IMG/VR virus record: IMGVR_UViG_3300035703_000036 | Coordinates: 32,001 to 96,000 of that record | Length of the DNA: 64,000 bases | Reading direction: 5' to 3' (one strand) | From: a virus | Shown: one piece after another, positions 20,220-29,906 of the stretch | How positions within the stretch are numbered: the stretch's first letter is position 1 | Layout of the letters: every line of letters begins with the position of its first letter | Made by a program: the position numbers and the translations under genes | Notes under the pieces: model-generated | Seen by the model: the letters and a program-made list of their open reading frames with translations, nothing else | Told to the model about the DNA's origin: nothing | Databases searched by the model: none

Positions 20220-20472
20220 CTTCTTCTCCGCAATCTTTGCATTTATAATAAAAGGAATTAAATAAAGGTTTCTTTTCTTTGTTTTCATGTTTACATAATT
20301 CTTTAGGTATAGGCGGCGGTTCATCTGGATATTCAAGATCCTCATCTTTAGGATAGCTATGAATAATACCATAACCGCCATCGTCTTCAAATTCGAAGTC
20401 AAAATCATCCATAGAATCTAGCATTTCTTCAAATGCTTTTAATAAATCTTCATCTATCTTTTTATTCGACAT
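20212..20472 (-). CDS. Acidic protein with C-terminal CxH...CxxC Zn ribbon
   Basis: CKHENKEKKPLFNSFYYKCKDCGEE. Confidence 0.7.
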   Translation of the reverse strand: MSNKKIDEDLLKAFEEMLDSMDDFDFEFEDDGGYGIIHSYPKDEDLEYPDEPPPIPKELCKHENKEKKPLFNSFYYKCKDCGEEDV

Positions 20473-20686
20473 AAATTACAAGAGACGTTTTGCAGCCTTC
20501 TGTTTCCTTGCACGGTCTACGTGCTGATTTTAGTTTTTTAGGGTGAACATTTTTTTTCTGTACAGATACGACCCGATTAACAGACCCATCCCAATCTCCC
20601 ATATAAACAACATCGGGTTTATCAATATAAATTTCTGTATCTTCACTAAATTTATCTAACATCATTTTTAATTCTTTGACCGTCAT
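20462..20686 (-). CDS. Hypothetical phage protein (MTVKEL start)
   Basis: GGAGG RBS ahead of MTVKELKMML. Confidence 0.65.
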   Translation of the reverse strand: MTVKELKMMLDKFSEDTEIYIDKPDVVYMGDWDGSVNRVVSVQKKNVHPKKLKSARRPCKETEGCKTSLVIYVE

Positions 20687-20913
20687 AGCTCCTCCCCACA
20701 ATCTATACACGTATGATACGTACTTGTAAATAGGAATTTTTTCATTTTGTTAATATGCTGACATTTTTTACTTTGTTCGTATTGTTGAACAACAGGACAA
20801 GAAAGGTATGTATTTTCAGATAAACTATTAAGAGTTTCCCCTTTGGCGGAATAAGATTTGTGCATCTGAGCTAACCTATTGAATTTATTGCCTTTATACT
20901 TATCTTGAAACAT
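20683..20913 (-). CDS. Protein with C-terminal CxH...CxxC Zn ribbon
   Basis: CQHINKMKKFLFTSTYHTCIDCGEE; AAGGAG RBS before MFQD. Confidence 0.7.
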   Translation of the reverse strand: MFQDKYKGNKFNRLAQMHKSYSAKGETLNSLSENTYLSCPVVQQYEQSKKCQHINKMKKFLFTSTYHTCIDCGEEL

Positions 20914-20933
20914 ATTCCAATCTCCTTTTTTCA

Positions 20934-20961
20934 ATTATACCATAAGTATGATTAAAGTCAA
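20934..20961 (-). promoter_or_regulatory. sigma70-type promoter TTGACT-N16-TATAAT with TGn extension
   Basis: Direct match ahead of antisense island. Confidence 0.75.
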
Positions 20962-20969
20962 AGGAATAA

Positions 20970-20993
20970 TAATCTTTAATGTGATATCAATAT
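20970..20993 (+). promoter_or_regulatory. AATCTTTA-N4-GATATCAATAT element (candidate late promoter)
   Basis: Same sequence and spacing as 8806-8828. Confidence 0.65.
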
Positions 20994-21044
20994 CATGTCT
21001 TAAAAATCCCAACATTTATGGTAATATTCTATTAGGGTGTAAGT

Positions 21045-24000
21045 ATGTCAGTAAGAAGAAGACAATCGTTTATTTCACAATTAAGAGTTGACGTTCCTCA
21101 TTTGCGTTCAATTGAATCGGCAACCTCGAATGATTTTGATGAATTATTAAGTGCGTTAGTCACTGGAATAAGCAAAAGCTACGTAGTTAGAGGGTTAGAA
21201 ATCTCTATGAGCGGCGCGATAGGATCTTCCGCCAATGGGTTACAGCTTATAGTGGCTAACTCTGCGATTTTACACGGAACATCAAATGTTTCCGGTACTT
21301 TTTATTCAATAAATAATTCCGCTCCAAATCAAACTCTTAGCTCAATTACAAACACAAGAGTTAGTGGATCTTTTACTCCGAGCGCTTTAAACTATATTGG
21401 GATAGAGCTTACTAGATCGGTAGACAATACTACGGCAAGCCAAGTATACCTTTGGAACCCTACATCTAAAAATGAAATCACAAAAACCCTTCCCTTGGCA
21501 GAGGTTTTGGATTATAAAATAGTAATTACATCCTCAGTGTTTGCTTCAAATGTTTTGCCTATAGCAATTATTGAAACGGATTCTGCAAATAACGTTCTTT
21601 CAGTTGAAGATAGAAGACCTCTTTTGTTTAGATTAGGAACGGCCGGATATACTACTCCAGATCCTTTTTATGTTTATCCTTGGACAAATCATTCTGAAGG
21701 TAGAACAGAGAATTTTTATAAATCAAGCTCATCCGCAGTATCTCCTTTTCGTGGCGGAGATAAGCAAATTTCAAACTTAAAAGAAATGTTAGACGCAATT
21801 ACTTCTAGTCTTAAAGAAGTAAAAGGTACGACATACTGGTACTCTTTAAATAAGGGCGGATCAATCTTTAAATTAAGAACTGATCTTGCGAATTTAGTCG
21901 TAACAGGTAGAGCGGCTTTAACTCATAGTGCAACAACTGCCGGTCGATTAAATTGGAATAAGGACATTTTTTTAAATTTAGTAGGAAGTCGTTTAAAGTA
22001 TAAAATATCAGCTAACCCTAGTTCTTCTTATGTAGTTTTAGCAGACGATCAAGTAGCTTATATAAAATTAATTAGAGGAGTAGATATTACTCCTAACTTA
22101 ATTTTTACAAACGGTTCCGCTACAGTTAGTTCTGTAGGATCTGTCGCTTGGACGGCAAATGTACTCGCTGGAGATTTCATCAAAAAAGCTGCTGAAGATG
22201 ACGGCAAATATTATAAAATATTATCTGTAAACTCAGCTTCTCAAGTTACTTTAACTGAAAATTTCGCTGAAACTTCTACAGGTTTAGCTGGAGCTGATGC
22301 TCAATATGCTTGGGGAACTTATAGCGCAGTAGCTGCGCCTTCTACTGATAGACATATCAAAGTTGTCAATCGTAAAGATATGGCAATTGAAGAAGATGTT
22401 TTTTGGTTATTTGCAAGAGATGATAACGGAACGGTGGGCCAAGAAGTTTCTCAAGTTGTGACTTTAGCGGATACGGCAAATAGTCTAGATGGAACTTATT
22501 TTTTATTAAATGCCAACGATGATATTAGAAAATTTTATGTTTGGTACGATACTGGATCAAATACTGATCCGGCTATTTCAGGTAGAACAGGAATAAAAGT
22601 ATCAATTTCTACAAACGATTCTGCGAATACGGTAGCCGCTAAAACTCAAGCGGTTATCAATACTCAGCCTGATTTTTCGGCTTCTGTGATTGGAAATACC
22701 GTAAGCATTACTAATGTTTTTGATGGAGATTCTTCTGATATTTCTGATGGAGATACAGGCTTCAGTTTTTTAACTACAACTCAAGGCGGAAAGCCGAAAG
22801 TTTACGTTAGATTCGTAGGATCAGAAGTTGAACAAGGTGAAACTCGACAAACTTCTGACAATACTAATTATGAAATAATGCTGTACACAGGAATGAAATC
22901 CGAAGCAGATTCAGCTCCTGATTATACTAACGCTATAGATAATTTAACTCCTGAAGTTACAACTATAACTCTACCTCCCGCAGCATCAATTACGAGCGGG
23001 CAATATTTTACAATAAATTCAGCGGGAGATGTATCTCGATATTATGTCTGGTTTAATAAAGATGGAGCCGGCGGAGATCCTCTTCCGGTTGGTAAAATAG
23101 GAATTCAAGTAGCAATTTCTACAGGAAATTCTAATTTAGTAGTAGCTGCGGCTACTGCTTCGGCAATTCTTTCCGTATTAGATTTTAGTGTATTAGATAA
23201 TTTAAATGGAACTATTACTGTTTCCAATAATACGGCCGGATATTGCACTAATGCTGCAAACGTGAATGTAGGCGGAAGCTTCTCTATTGTGACCGATATT
23301 GAAGGCGCAGGACATCCTAATTATTTTCTAGTAGATGGAGAAGATTTAACTAAATCTAATAAAAGATTAGATCAAGCAATTAATACTGCACTATCTGGAT
23401 TTGATCATGAAGCGTACGATGAACTTCTAACAATAGTTTCCGGATCTCCAGCAAATGATAATGAAGTAATGGGGCCAATTTCAGCTTCAACTATATTAAC
23501 AATACCTCTTGATTCTAGATCTGGAAATATAGTAAAAGGATATATTGTAGGTCAGGCTGAATTAGAAGTTTATTTAAACGGACAATATTTAGCTGTAAAT
23601 AATTCTTGGGCTGAAGTCGGAGCATCTGGATCTGAGTCTGTTCAAATACAAATTTTAATTGATTTAGTAGTAGATGACGTTCTAACTTTCCGTATTGATA
23701 ATGGTACATTAGGTAATTTTGCTACAGCTACAGGTGAAGTTAATACGGGATCTAATGTAGGAACTGGCGCTGGAGTTTTTAAAACCAAAGCCGGAGTCGA
23801 TCTTCAATTTAGAACTTTAAAACAAGGATCAAATGTAACTATTGTTCAGACTGCTGATGAATTAACAATTTCTTCTTCCGCCGGTACTGGCGTAAATAAT
23901 ATTCAATCTGTTGTGGGCACTGATTTTACAATTTTAGCTTCCCATGATTTTATTAAAGTTACCAATAGCGGTGTAAATGTTACTCTAACTCTTCCTGATG

Positions 24001-24185
24001 CTTCTTTAGTTACCGGTAAAGAATATAAAATTAAAAAAATTGATTCAGGAAATATTCTGTATATTGAATCTGTTTCAAATCAAACTTTGGATGGAGTAGA
24101 TATTACGGCTTCTCCACACGCTATTACTATTCAATATGAAAGTTTAATTATTGTATCTGACGGCAGTTCTTGGTGGGTTTTATAG
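21045..24185 (+). CDS. Large baseplate/tail-fibre anchor protein
   Basis: S/T/G-rich beta protein; C-terminal TLTLPDA...GKEYKIKKID fibre domain; two copies of the shared module. Confidence 0.7.
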   Translation: MSVRRRQSFISQLRVDVPHLRSIESATSNDFDELLSALVTGISKSYVVRGLEISMSGAIGSSANGLQLIVANSAILHGTSNVSGTFYSINNSAPNQTLSSITNTRVSGSFTPSALNYIGIELTRSVDNTTASQVYLWNPTSKNEITKTLPLAEVLDYKIVITSSVFASNVLPIAIIETDSANNVLSVEDRRPLLFRLGTAGYTTPDPFYVYPWTNHSEGRTENFYKSSSSAVSPFRGGDKQISNLKEMLDAITSSLKEVKGTTYWYSLNKGGSIFKLRTDLANLVVTGRAALTHSATTAGRLNWNKDIFLNLVGSRLKYKISANPSSSYVVLADDQVAYIKLIRGVDITPNLIFTNGSATVSSVGSVAWTANVLAGDFIKKAAEDDGKYYKILSVNSASQVTLTENFAETSTGLAGADAQYAWGTYSAVAAPSTDRHIKVVNRKDMAIEEDVFWLFARDDNGTVGQEVSQVVTLADTANSLDGTYFLLNANDDIRKFYVWYDTGSNTDPAISGRTGIKVSISTNDSANTVAAKTQAVINTQPDFSASVIGNTVSITNVFDGDSSDISDGDTGFSFLTTTQGGKPKVYVRFVGSEVEQGETRQTSDNTNYEIMLYTGMKSEADSAPDYTNAIDNLTPEVTTITLPPAASITSGQYFTINSAGDVSRYYVWFNKDGAGGDPLPVGKIGIQVAISTGNSNLVVAAATASAILSVLDFSVLDNLNGTITVSNNTAGYCTNAANVNVGGSFSIVTDIEGAGHPNYFLVDGEDLTKSNKRLDQAINTALSGFDHEAYDELLTIVSGSPANDNEVMGPISASTILTIPLDSRSGNIVKGYIVGQAELEVYLNGQYLAVNNSWAEVGASGSESVQIQILIDLVVDDVLTFRIDNGTLGNFATATGEVNTGSNVGTGAGVFKTKAGVDLQFRTLKQGSNVTIVQTADELTISSSAGTGVNNIQSVVGTDFTILASHDFIKVTNSGVNVTLTLPDASLVTGKEYKIKKIDSGNILYIESVSNQTLDGVDITASPHAITIQYESLIIVSDGSSWWVL
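22440..22790 (+). repeat. Divergent copy of the shared module
   Basis: LDGTYFLLN...FYVWYD...DPA...GIKVSISTNDSANTVA. Confidence 0.6.
22950..23300 (+). repeat. Close copy of the shared module
   Basis: DNA-level matches to the 16.6-16.9 kb copy, e.g. TGGTTTAATAAAGA and GGCGGAAGCTTCTCTATTGT. Confidence 0.8.
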
Positions 24186-24192
24186 GGGTAAT

Positions 24193-24642
24193 ATGTCATA
24201 CAGACCTTACGAAGCAATTATAGCGGCAGCGGCGGGGCAAGTTTCTACGTTGCGTATTTATTTGACTAATAATACGGGCATGACTATTGTTGATTTGTCG
24301 CCAGTAAGAGCTAACCTAAACGGTGAGATGGATACGGTAGATGTTTCCATAGAATCACAAGTCATGTCCGCTGTCGGAATCCTAGAAGCAGCCACATTAG
24401 ACGGCTCGGATGGAAATGTTGTTGTAAGCGGGAAAATATCCAATATTTCAACCTCTTTTTCCCTTGGTGACTATGTTTACGTTTCTAAAATAGGCGGACT
24501 AACCAATATTCTTCCTTCGGAGGGTATTGATGGTTTTGAAGCCGGAGATTTCATAATTAGAGCTGGCGTAATAGCTAAAAATCCTATTAATCCTTTACAA
24601 AAAGATTTATTAGTAAATTTTGGTATAGTGGGGCAATTATAA
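24193..24642 (+). CDS. Virion accessory protein (DUF2190/cement-like)
   Basis: AVGI...G.VV.SG...GDYVYVS..GGLT...P pattern. Confidence 0.55.
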   Translation: MSYRPYEAIIAAAAGQVSTLRIYLTNNTGMTIVDLSPVRANLNGEMDTVDVSIESQVMSAVGILEAATLDGSDGNVVVSGKISNISTSFSLGDYVYVSKIGGLTNILPSEGIDGFEAGDFIIRAGVIAKNPINPLQKDLLVNFGIVGQL

Positions 24643-24881
24643 TGGAAAATAGAATTAGAAAAGTGGACGTTGAAAAACTTAACGAAGAGCAAATTGCTAG
24701 AGTTGAGAAAAAAATTTCTGAGGAAGTAAGCTCTATTATTAATAGAGCAGATAGTGAAATCAATAACTTACTGAATATTTACGGAATGGAAGCTGTGCTT
24801 TCTATCCAGTTTGGACTACAAGGGATTAAGGAAAAAGCCAAGAAAATAAAAGCTAAGAAAAGCCCTAAAACCTCCAAATAA
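24642..24881 (+). CDS. Hypothetical protein
   Basis: TAATG overlap. Confidence 0.6.
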   Translation: MENRIRKVDVEKLNEEQIARVEKKISEEVSSIINRADSEINNLLNIYGMEAVLSIQFGLQGIKEKAKKIKAKKSPKTSK

Positions 24882-24890
24882 AGTTTAATA

Positions 24891-24926
24891 GTAATCTTTA
24901 AATTAATCGTTCGATCGCAATCTTTA
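24891..24926 (+). promoter_or_regulatory. Tandem GTAATCTTTA / GCAATCTTTA motifs
   Basis: 24891-24900 and 24917-24926, intergenic ahead of 24962. Confidence 0.65.
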
Positions 24927-24961
24927 TATAAAAATACCAACAATATTAGGGAGATATATTT

Positions 24962-26656
24962 ATGGCAGACATTTCAGTTTTATCGCGTTTAGTAAATGCG
25001 GTTCCACGAAATGTGGATTTATCAACAAACGCTTTAGTAGTTGATAATATCAAAATTAAGTTGGGCGGATCTTTTTACGCTACTTTTTCTGGCTCTTTGA
25101 CTGGCGCTAGAACTATTACAATGCCTGATGCTAATGTGAATTTAGGTCATATAGCAAATCTAAATACTCTTTCTGGTGTTTCTGCTGGAGATGTTGATCT
25201 GGGAACTTTCACAGGCTCAACTATTTCAGATAGTACTACAATTAAAAATGCTTTACAAGAACTAGAAACAGCAATTGAGTCTGCCGCTAGCACTACAGAA
25301 TTTCTAGATAGTGCTTTTAGAATTAAAGATCAATCTGACTCTACTAAAAAAATCGCTTTTGAAGCTTCTTCAATATCTGGCTTTGCTACCAGAACCATTA
25401 CAATGCCTGATGCTGACGTAGATTTAGGGCAAGTAAATACCGCTATCTTACAAGACGGCACAAGATCAATGGCTGCCGCTCTAAATATGGGTACTTTCAG
25501 AATTACAAATCTAGGAAGTCCTACCTCAGGCTCAGATGCAGTTACTAAAAGCTGGGTTGAATCTTACACTACAGGTCAGTTTAATTTCTTAGAAGATGTA
25601 GATGCAACAGTCGCTGACGCTACAACAACAGCGCCAGACGACGGATTACCGTCCGCGGTGGCTGGTCAAAGATATATTTTAGAAACAAACACTTCTTCTC
25701 TTCACGCTAATTGGGGAACCATTACGGGCGTTGGTGATGGTGATATTGTTCAATATGATGGAACGGCATGGCTTGTTGCTATGGATGCTTCTTCTGCTTC
25801 AGCTGAAGGAAATCTTGCTTGGGATAAAAATTTAAATGTATTCAAAAGATATCTTTCTACTTGGTCTGAATTTGGAGGTCTTTCTGGAATTACAACGGGC
25901 GCAGGTTTAGACAAATTAGGGAATACAGTTTTTGTAGATTTAGCTACCGATCCAGCTCTAGAATTTGACGCTTTAGGTGACGCCGGAAAATTAAGAGTAA
26001 AGGCTGATGAATCTACAATTGAAAGACATTCGGGCGGATTAAGAATTAAAGCTGGCGGTGTTAGTTCAAATGAACTAGGACTGGCTTCAGTTTTATTTTC
26101 AAAACTATCAGCTGACGTTATCACTGGAGCTACAGAAGAAACAGGCGCTGACGATGCTGACTCAATTTTAATTTACGACAATTCGACTTCTTTATTGAAA
26201 AAAATGACAAGAGCAAATTTCTTGTCAGGATATGAAATTGACGGATTAGTAAAACCGTTTGTTGCAGGAGAGTCTTTTGCAGCTGATACAACTTTCCTAG
26301 TAAGAGTAGCTATAAATGGCGAAACTTTAGGTAGAGTTTATAAAGCAGATAAAGCCGCAGGAGCTGAAGGTTCAGAAAATCATAAGTATTACGTAATGGG
26401 CGTTATGATGTCTACATCGTTAGTTTCTGCCGGAGATCCAATCCTAGTTAGAATGATTGGCGAACATACTTTAGGATCTTCTGACGCTAGCTTTTTGGCG
26501 GCGGATATTGGTAAGCCGGTATTTTTAACAGCTTCAGGAGCTTTCTCTTTAACTGCTCCTTCATCAACTAATGAAGCGGTTGTTAGAGTCGGTCAAGTTG
26601 TAGCTACGAATAAAATTTTAATTCACTCTATTCAATTAGTAGGAATTCAAGCTTAA
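24962..26656 (+). CDS. Fibre/whisker-like virion protein with C-terminal cement-like domain
   Basis: Internal repeat RTITMPDA.V.LG x2; ITNLGSP...DAVTK.WV fibre motif. Confidence 0.7.
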   Translation: MADISVLSRLVNAVPRNVDLSTNALVVDNIKIKLGGSFYATFSGSLTGARTITMPDANVNLGHIANLNTLSGVSAGDVDLGTFTGSTISDSTTIKNALQELETAIESAASTTEFLDSAFRIKDQSDSTKKIAFEASSISGFATRTITMPDADVDLGQVNTAILQDGTRSMAAALNMGTFRITNLGSPTSGSDAVTKSWVESYTTGQFNFLEDVDATVADATTTAPDDGLPSAVAGQRYILETNTSSLHANWGTITGVGDGDIVQYDGTAWLVAMDASSASAEGNLAWDKNLNVFKRYLSTWSEFGGLSGITTGAGLDKLGNTVFVDLATDPALEFDALGDAGKLRVKADESTIERHSGGLRIKAGGVSSNELGLASVLFSKLSADVITGATEETGADDADSILIYDNSTSLLKKMTRANFLSGYEIDGLVKPFVAGESFAADTTFLVRVAINGETLGRVYKADKAAGAEGSENHKYYVMGVMMSTSLVSAGDPILVRMIGEHTLGSSDASFLAADIGKPVFLTASGAFSLTAPSSTNEAVVRVGQVVATNKILIHSIQLVGIQA

Positions 26657-26690
26657 TGATATGGTAATATATTATTAGGAGAAAATATAG

Positions 26691-27011
26691 ATGGCTAATT
26701 TTCTAAAAATCTCAAATGGCGTACCAAGATCGGCTGCTGAAACAGCTAATATGCCAATTTATGATGAGACTTTAGAGTTAGTATCCTCATCGCCAATTTC
26801 AGGTCAAATTTTAGGGCCAATTTTGACCGGAGCTGCAGTTACTCTTCCTAACAGTGGTTTTTATACGGGCGACGAATTGGAAGTTTACCTTAATGGTAAA
26901 AGACTTTACGACGTTTACGATTACAATTATTATAGTTCTACTCAAACATCTTTTACCTTCGATTTAATAGTCGGAGATGTAATTAGATTTAGAAAAGATA
27001 GGCCAGCTTAG
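26691..27011 (+). CDS. Small virion protein (LEVYLNG domain)
   Basis: Paralogous to the segment at ~23415-23700. Confidence 0.65.
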   Translation: MANFLKISNGVPRSAAETANMPIYDETLELVSSSPISGQILGPILTGAAVTLPNSGFYTGDELEVYLNGKRLYDVYDYNYYSSTQTSFTFDLIVGDVIRFRKDRPA

Positions 27012-27020
27012 AGGTTAATT

Positions 27021-28367
27021 ATGTCAATACCCTTTGATACGCGACAGTCAGTACAAAGAAGTAACTTAAAAAATTTAGGTAAAACTTCTGGATCAAGACT
27101 AGACGGAATCGTTAGCAATATTAATACGGAACTTGATTCTCCGTTAAAAATGTACGCTACTTTTCCTGCTGCTGACGCTAAATTAAATTTTTCTGATGCT
27201 CAAGTCACATCTGCTGACGGTACTAAAAAAGTAGTATCTCCAATTTCTAATCAAGTTTTTAGCAGTCTATCATCTCTTTGGATTGATTTTCAAACACAGG
27301 CAGTTTCAAACGCTGCTAATTTTGATATTATTTGGCCAGTTGGCAGTACAGTAGGCAAGTTTAGATCGGCTGGAATTAGCTTAACAGATTCTGGAAAAAT
27401 AAATGTTCTGTTTTCTTCCGAAGAAACTTCAGAATCCGCCCTACCAGATGCCGGAACTTTAATGGCCTCAGGCGGACTTCCTTTAGGTTACATCATATTA
27501 GAATGTACTAATAGTTTAGGATATTTTAAAACAGCCGGAAGCTCTACTAGTATAATTGAAAATACAAAAATATATAGATTTGGAGCGGGTTCTGGCGGCG
27601 GCGGTGGCTCCGGTGCTAATAATAAAGTAATATTCTCTAGCCGTGTTCTTGCAGACGGTTCAAGCGCAGACAATTGTTCTCTAGCTGTCGTTTCAAATAA
27701 AACCGAAGTAACTCTTTCTTCAGCTTATATATACGATCAAAATTCAGGAAATACTCAGGGAGATATTTTTGTATATATTAACGGGCAAAAAATTGAAAGA
27801 AAAATTGCCGGTATCAACGATTATGTAGGTAACGTTATTTTTGAAGAAGACGTATCTGGTACAAAAATTTATATTTATCAAATTGTATCAGGCCCTGCTA
27901 CTCAAGAACTTTCTGGTTCTGTTTTAATAGAATGTTGCAAAGTTAATTATACAGTCGCATCGTTAGACTCTATATCTTCTGACCTCGTATCTACAATTAG
28001 TAATTATTTCAATATAGGAAATCTTGCTTTTTTTTGGAAAAGAGCTTATGTAGCTTCTTCTGTAACTAAAGATGTAGTTATTTCAGCATTAAATATCGAC
28101 TGGTCATTAAGTAACACTTTCACTAAATCAATTTCAGCTACATCTACTTTTACTTTTTCAAATTTGCCTAGTAGCGGAAATTCTCAGACAATTATCGTTA
28201 TCGTAACTAATACCTCTGGAACGGATCGAACAGTGAATTTTCCAGCCGGTATAAAGTGGCCTGGCTCTTTTCCGGTCACTACAGTCCTAGCTAATAAATC
28301 TGTTATATATACTTTTATATGTGTACAGTCAGTAGTTTATGCCGTATCGGCAGAAGGAATGGGCTAA
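27021..28367 (+). CDS. Tail fibre-like protein
   Basis: Gly linker; C-terminal IDWS...TFTFSN...FPAGIKWP domain. Confidence 0.65.
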   Translation: MSIPFDTRQSVQRSNLKNLGKTSGSRLDGIVSNINTELDSPLKMYATFPAADAKLNFSDAQVTSADGTKKVVSPISNQVFSSLSSLWIDFQTQAVSNAANFDIIWPVGSTVGKFRSAGISLTDSGKINVLFSSEETSESALPDAGTLMASGGLPLGYIILECTNSLGYFKTAGSSTSIIENTKIYRFGAGSGGGGGSGANNKVIFSSRVLADGSSADNCSLAVVSNKTEVTLSSAYIYDQNSGNTQGDIFVYINGQKIERKIAGINDYVGNVIFEEDVSGTKIYIYQIVSGPATQELSGSVLIECCKVNYTVASLDSISSDLVSTISNYFNIGNLAFFWKRAYVASSVTKDVVISALNIDWSLSNTFTKSISATSTFTFSNLPSSGNSQTIIVIVTNTSGTDRTVNFPAGIKWPGSFPVTTVLANKSVIYTFICVQSVVYAVSAEGMG

Positions 28368-28369
28368 TT

Positions 28370-29389
28370 ATGTTACCTACACCAATGATTATTCAAGGTA
28401 ATTGGCCATTTGGCAAAGACGGCGATTTGATCATTACTTCTGGTAATGTAGTAACTATACAGGCAGGTTCTATCAAAGACTACCATTCAATTAGAATCGA
28501 TGCAGGATGTGCTTTAGTTATAGATGGAACAACTTCTACTTTACCAACAATAATTGGATGTAAAACAACCTGTGTTATCAACGGAGTTATCAGAAATAAT
28601 TCAGGATATATAGCAGGGACTTTTTCTAAAACAGATCCATTTGGACAAACTTTATCTTACACTACAGTACAAAAATTAGGTGGAGATGGAGGATTGCCAG
28701 CTTCCGGAGTGGGCGCTACTCCCAATTCAGGTCGAGGCGGTACGGACGGTTCCGGTGGTGGTGGACGCGGTGGAGATGGATCAGGATGGGCAGGTGCTGG
28801 TGGCGCCGGTGGTTACAATGGTAGCGGCGGTATATCAGGTATTTATAATTACTATCCTAGCGGTAGCAGTGGCGGTGTTTTAGTTGATAATGGAAATCTT
28901 ACTTTTGGAGACGGAGAAACAACGATATATGGAAATATAGCGGGATCTAAAGGTGGTGGTTCCGGCGGCGGTGGCGGTGGCGGAAACGGAAGAGGGTATT
29001 CAGAAGATCATAACGCCAATGGCGGTGGTGGCGGTGGATATCGAGGCGCTCACGGCGGATGTCTATATTTGCATTGTTTAAGCAGTATAACTGGCGCAGG
29101 CTTAATTGACTGTAGCGGTAAAGTCGGTTTTAAAGGCGGAACAGGAGGCTTTGATGGTGGACATGGTAACTACTTGTCTTATCAGGCTGGAAATAGTGGT
29201 GGCGGTGGCGCTGGAGGTTCTGGCGGTAAATTAAAAATTAGATGTAGAACTGCTTTTTCGGTATCTTATTCTGTTGCTGGAGCGGCAGGAGGCGTCGGAG
29301 GTTTGGCTAACTACGGAGATACAGTTACTTATCCAGGCCAACCGGGACAAACCGGAGATAATGGAACTGCAGATATTGTGTTAATATAA
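28370..29389 (+). CDS. Glycine-rich tail fibre/receptor-binding protein
   Basis: Extensive GGxGG tracts. Confidence 0.7.
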   Translation: MLPTPMIIQGNWPFGKDGDLIITSGNVVTIQAGSIKDYHSIRIDAGCALVIDGTTSTLPTIIGCKTTCVINGVIRNNSGYIAGTFSKTDPFGQTLSYTTVQKLGGDGGLPASGVGATPNSGRGGTDGSGGGGRGGDGSGWAGAGGAGGYNGSGGISGIYNYYPSGSSGGVLVDNGNLTFGDGETTIYGNIAGSKGGGSGGGGGGGNGRGYSEDHNANGGGGGGYRGAHGGCLYLHCLSSITGAGLIDCSGKVGFKGGTGGFDGGHGNYLSYQAGNSGGGGAGGSGGKLKIRCRTAFSVSYSVAGAAGGVGGLANYGDTVTYPGQPGQTGDNGTADIVLI

Positions 29390-29403
29390 TTAAGGAATAA
29401 TAA

Positions 29404-29805
29404 ATGTATCATTTATTTAATAAGGAAGAATATTTGGGCCATTATGTTATACGTGTAGATTTACAAGTGTTTCTAGATACTTACGCTTTAAATCACTCTA
29501 TTGGTACAGAAAATCTCCATATATATGAAAGCGAATACTTTGATGCTGCAGGAAAAGTTGTTAAATATTCTACTAAAGAAATATTATTATGTAAAATTGT
29601 TGATGAAGATATTTTTATATTAAGAAATGTCTACGATGAACTTAGATCAGATATAACTGAAGAAGAAAAAAATAATATTTTGGAAAATAAAGCCTGTATT
29701 GAAAATGGATTAGATCCAATTCATCCATGGCCAAAAAAAGAATTCAGAGAAATAGGCGGTAAAGAAGTGGTTTTAGAGACCTATCCGCTAAAGCTTGTTC
29801 TGTAA
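29404..29805 (+). CDS. Hypothetical protein, possible fibre assembly chaperone
   Basis: Position after fibre gene; AAGGA RBS. Confidence 0.5.
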   Translation: MYHLFNKEEYLGHYVIRVDLQVFLDTYALNHSIGTENLHIYESEYFDAAGKVVKYSTKEILLCKIVDEDIFILRNVYDELRSDITEEEKNNILENKACIENGLDPIHPWPKKEFREIGGKEVVLETYPLKLVL

Positions 29806-29834
29806 TTGAGGCTAGTTATTAATCATATAAAGAA

Positions 29835-29844
29835 GCAATCTTTA
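29835..29844 (+). promoter_or_regulatory. GCAATCTTTA motif
   Basis: Intergenic ahead of tail fibre gene. Confidence 0.6.
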
Positions 29845-29906
29845 TAGTAACATAGCTCAAAATTTGTATGGATAATACTTATAAAAGCTATTTTTGGGAG
29901 CTTTAA

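Noticed and set aside
19983-20408. 141-aa ORF as listed in the track
   Set aside because: Upstream part overlaps the 20212-20472 gene; the real gene is probably the lipoprotein starting at 20219. Similar over-extended starts were trimmed at 8795, 17819, 44801, 56355 and 61646.
21862-21870. CAATCTTTA inside coding sequence (also AATCTTTA near 425, 6904, 36561)
   Set aside because: Expected background in AT-rich DNA; not counted as promoters.
28680-29340. GGCGGT-rich tracts as a repeat element or foreign GC island
   Set aside because: Explained by poly-glycine coding in a fibre protein.
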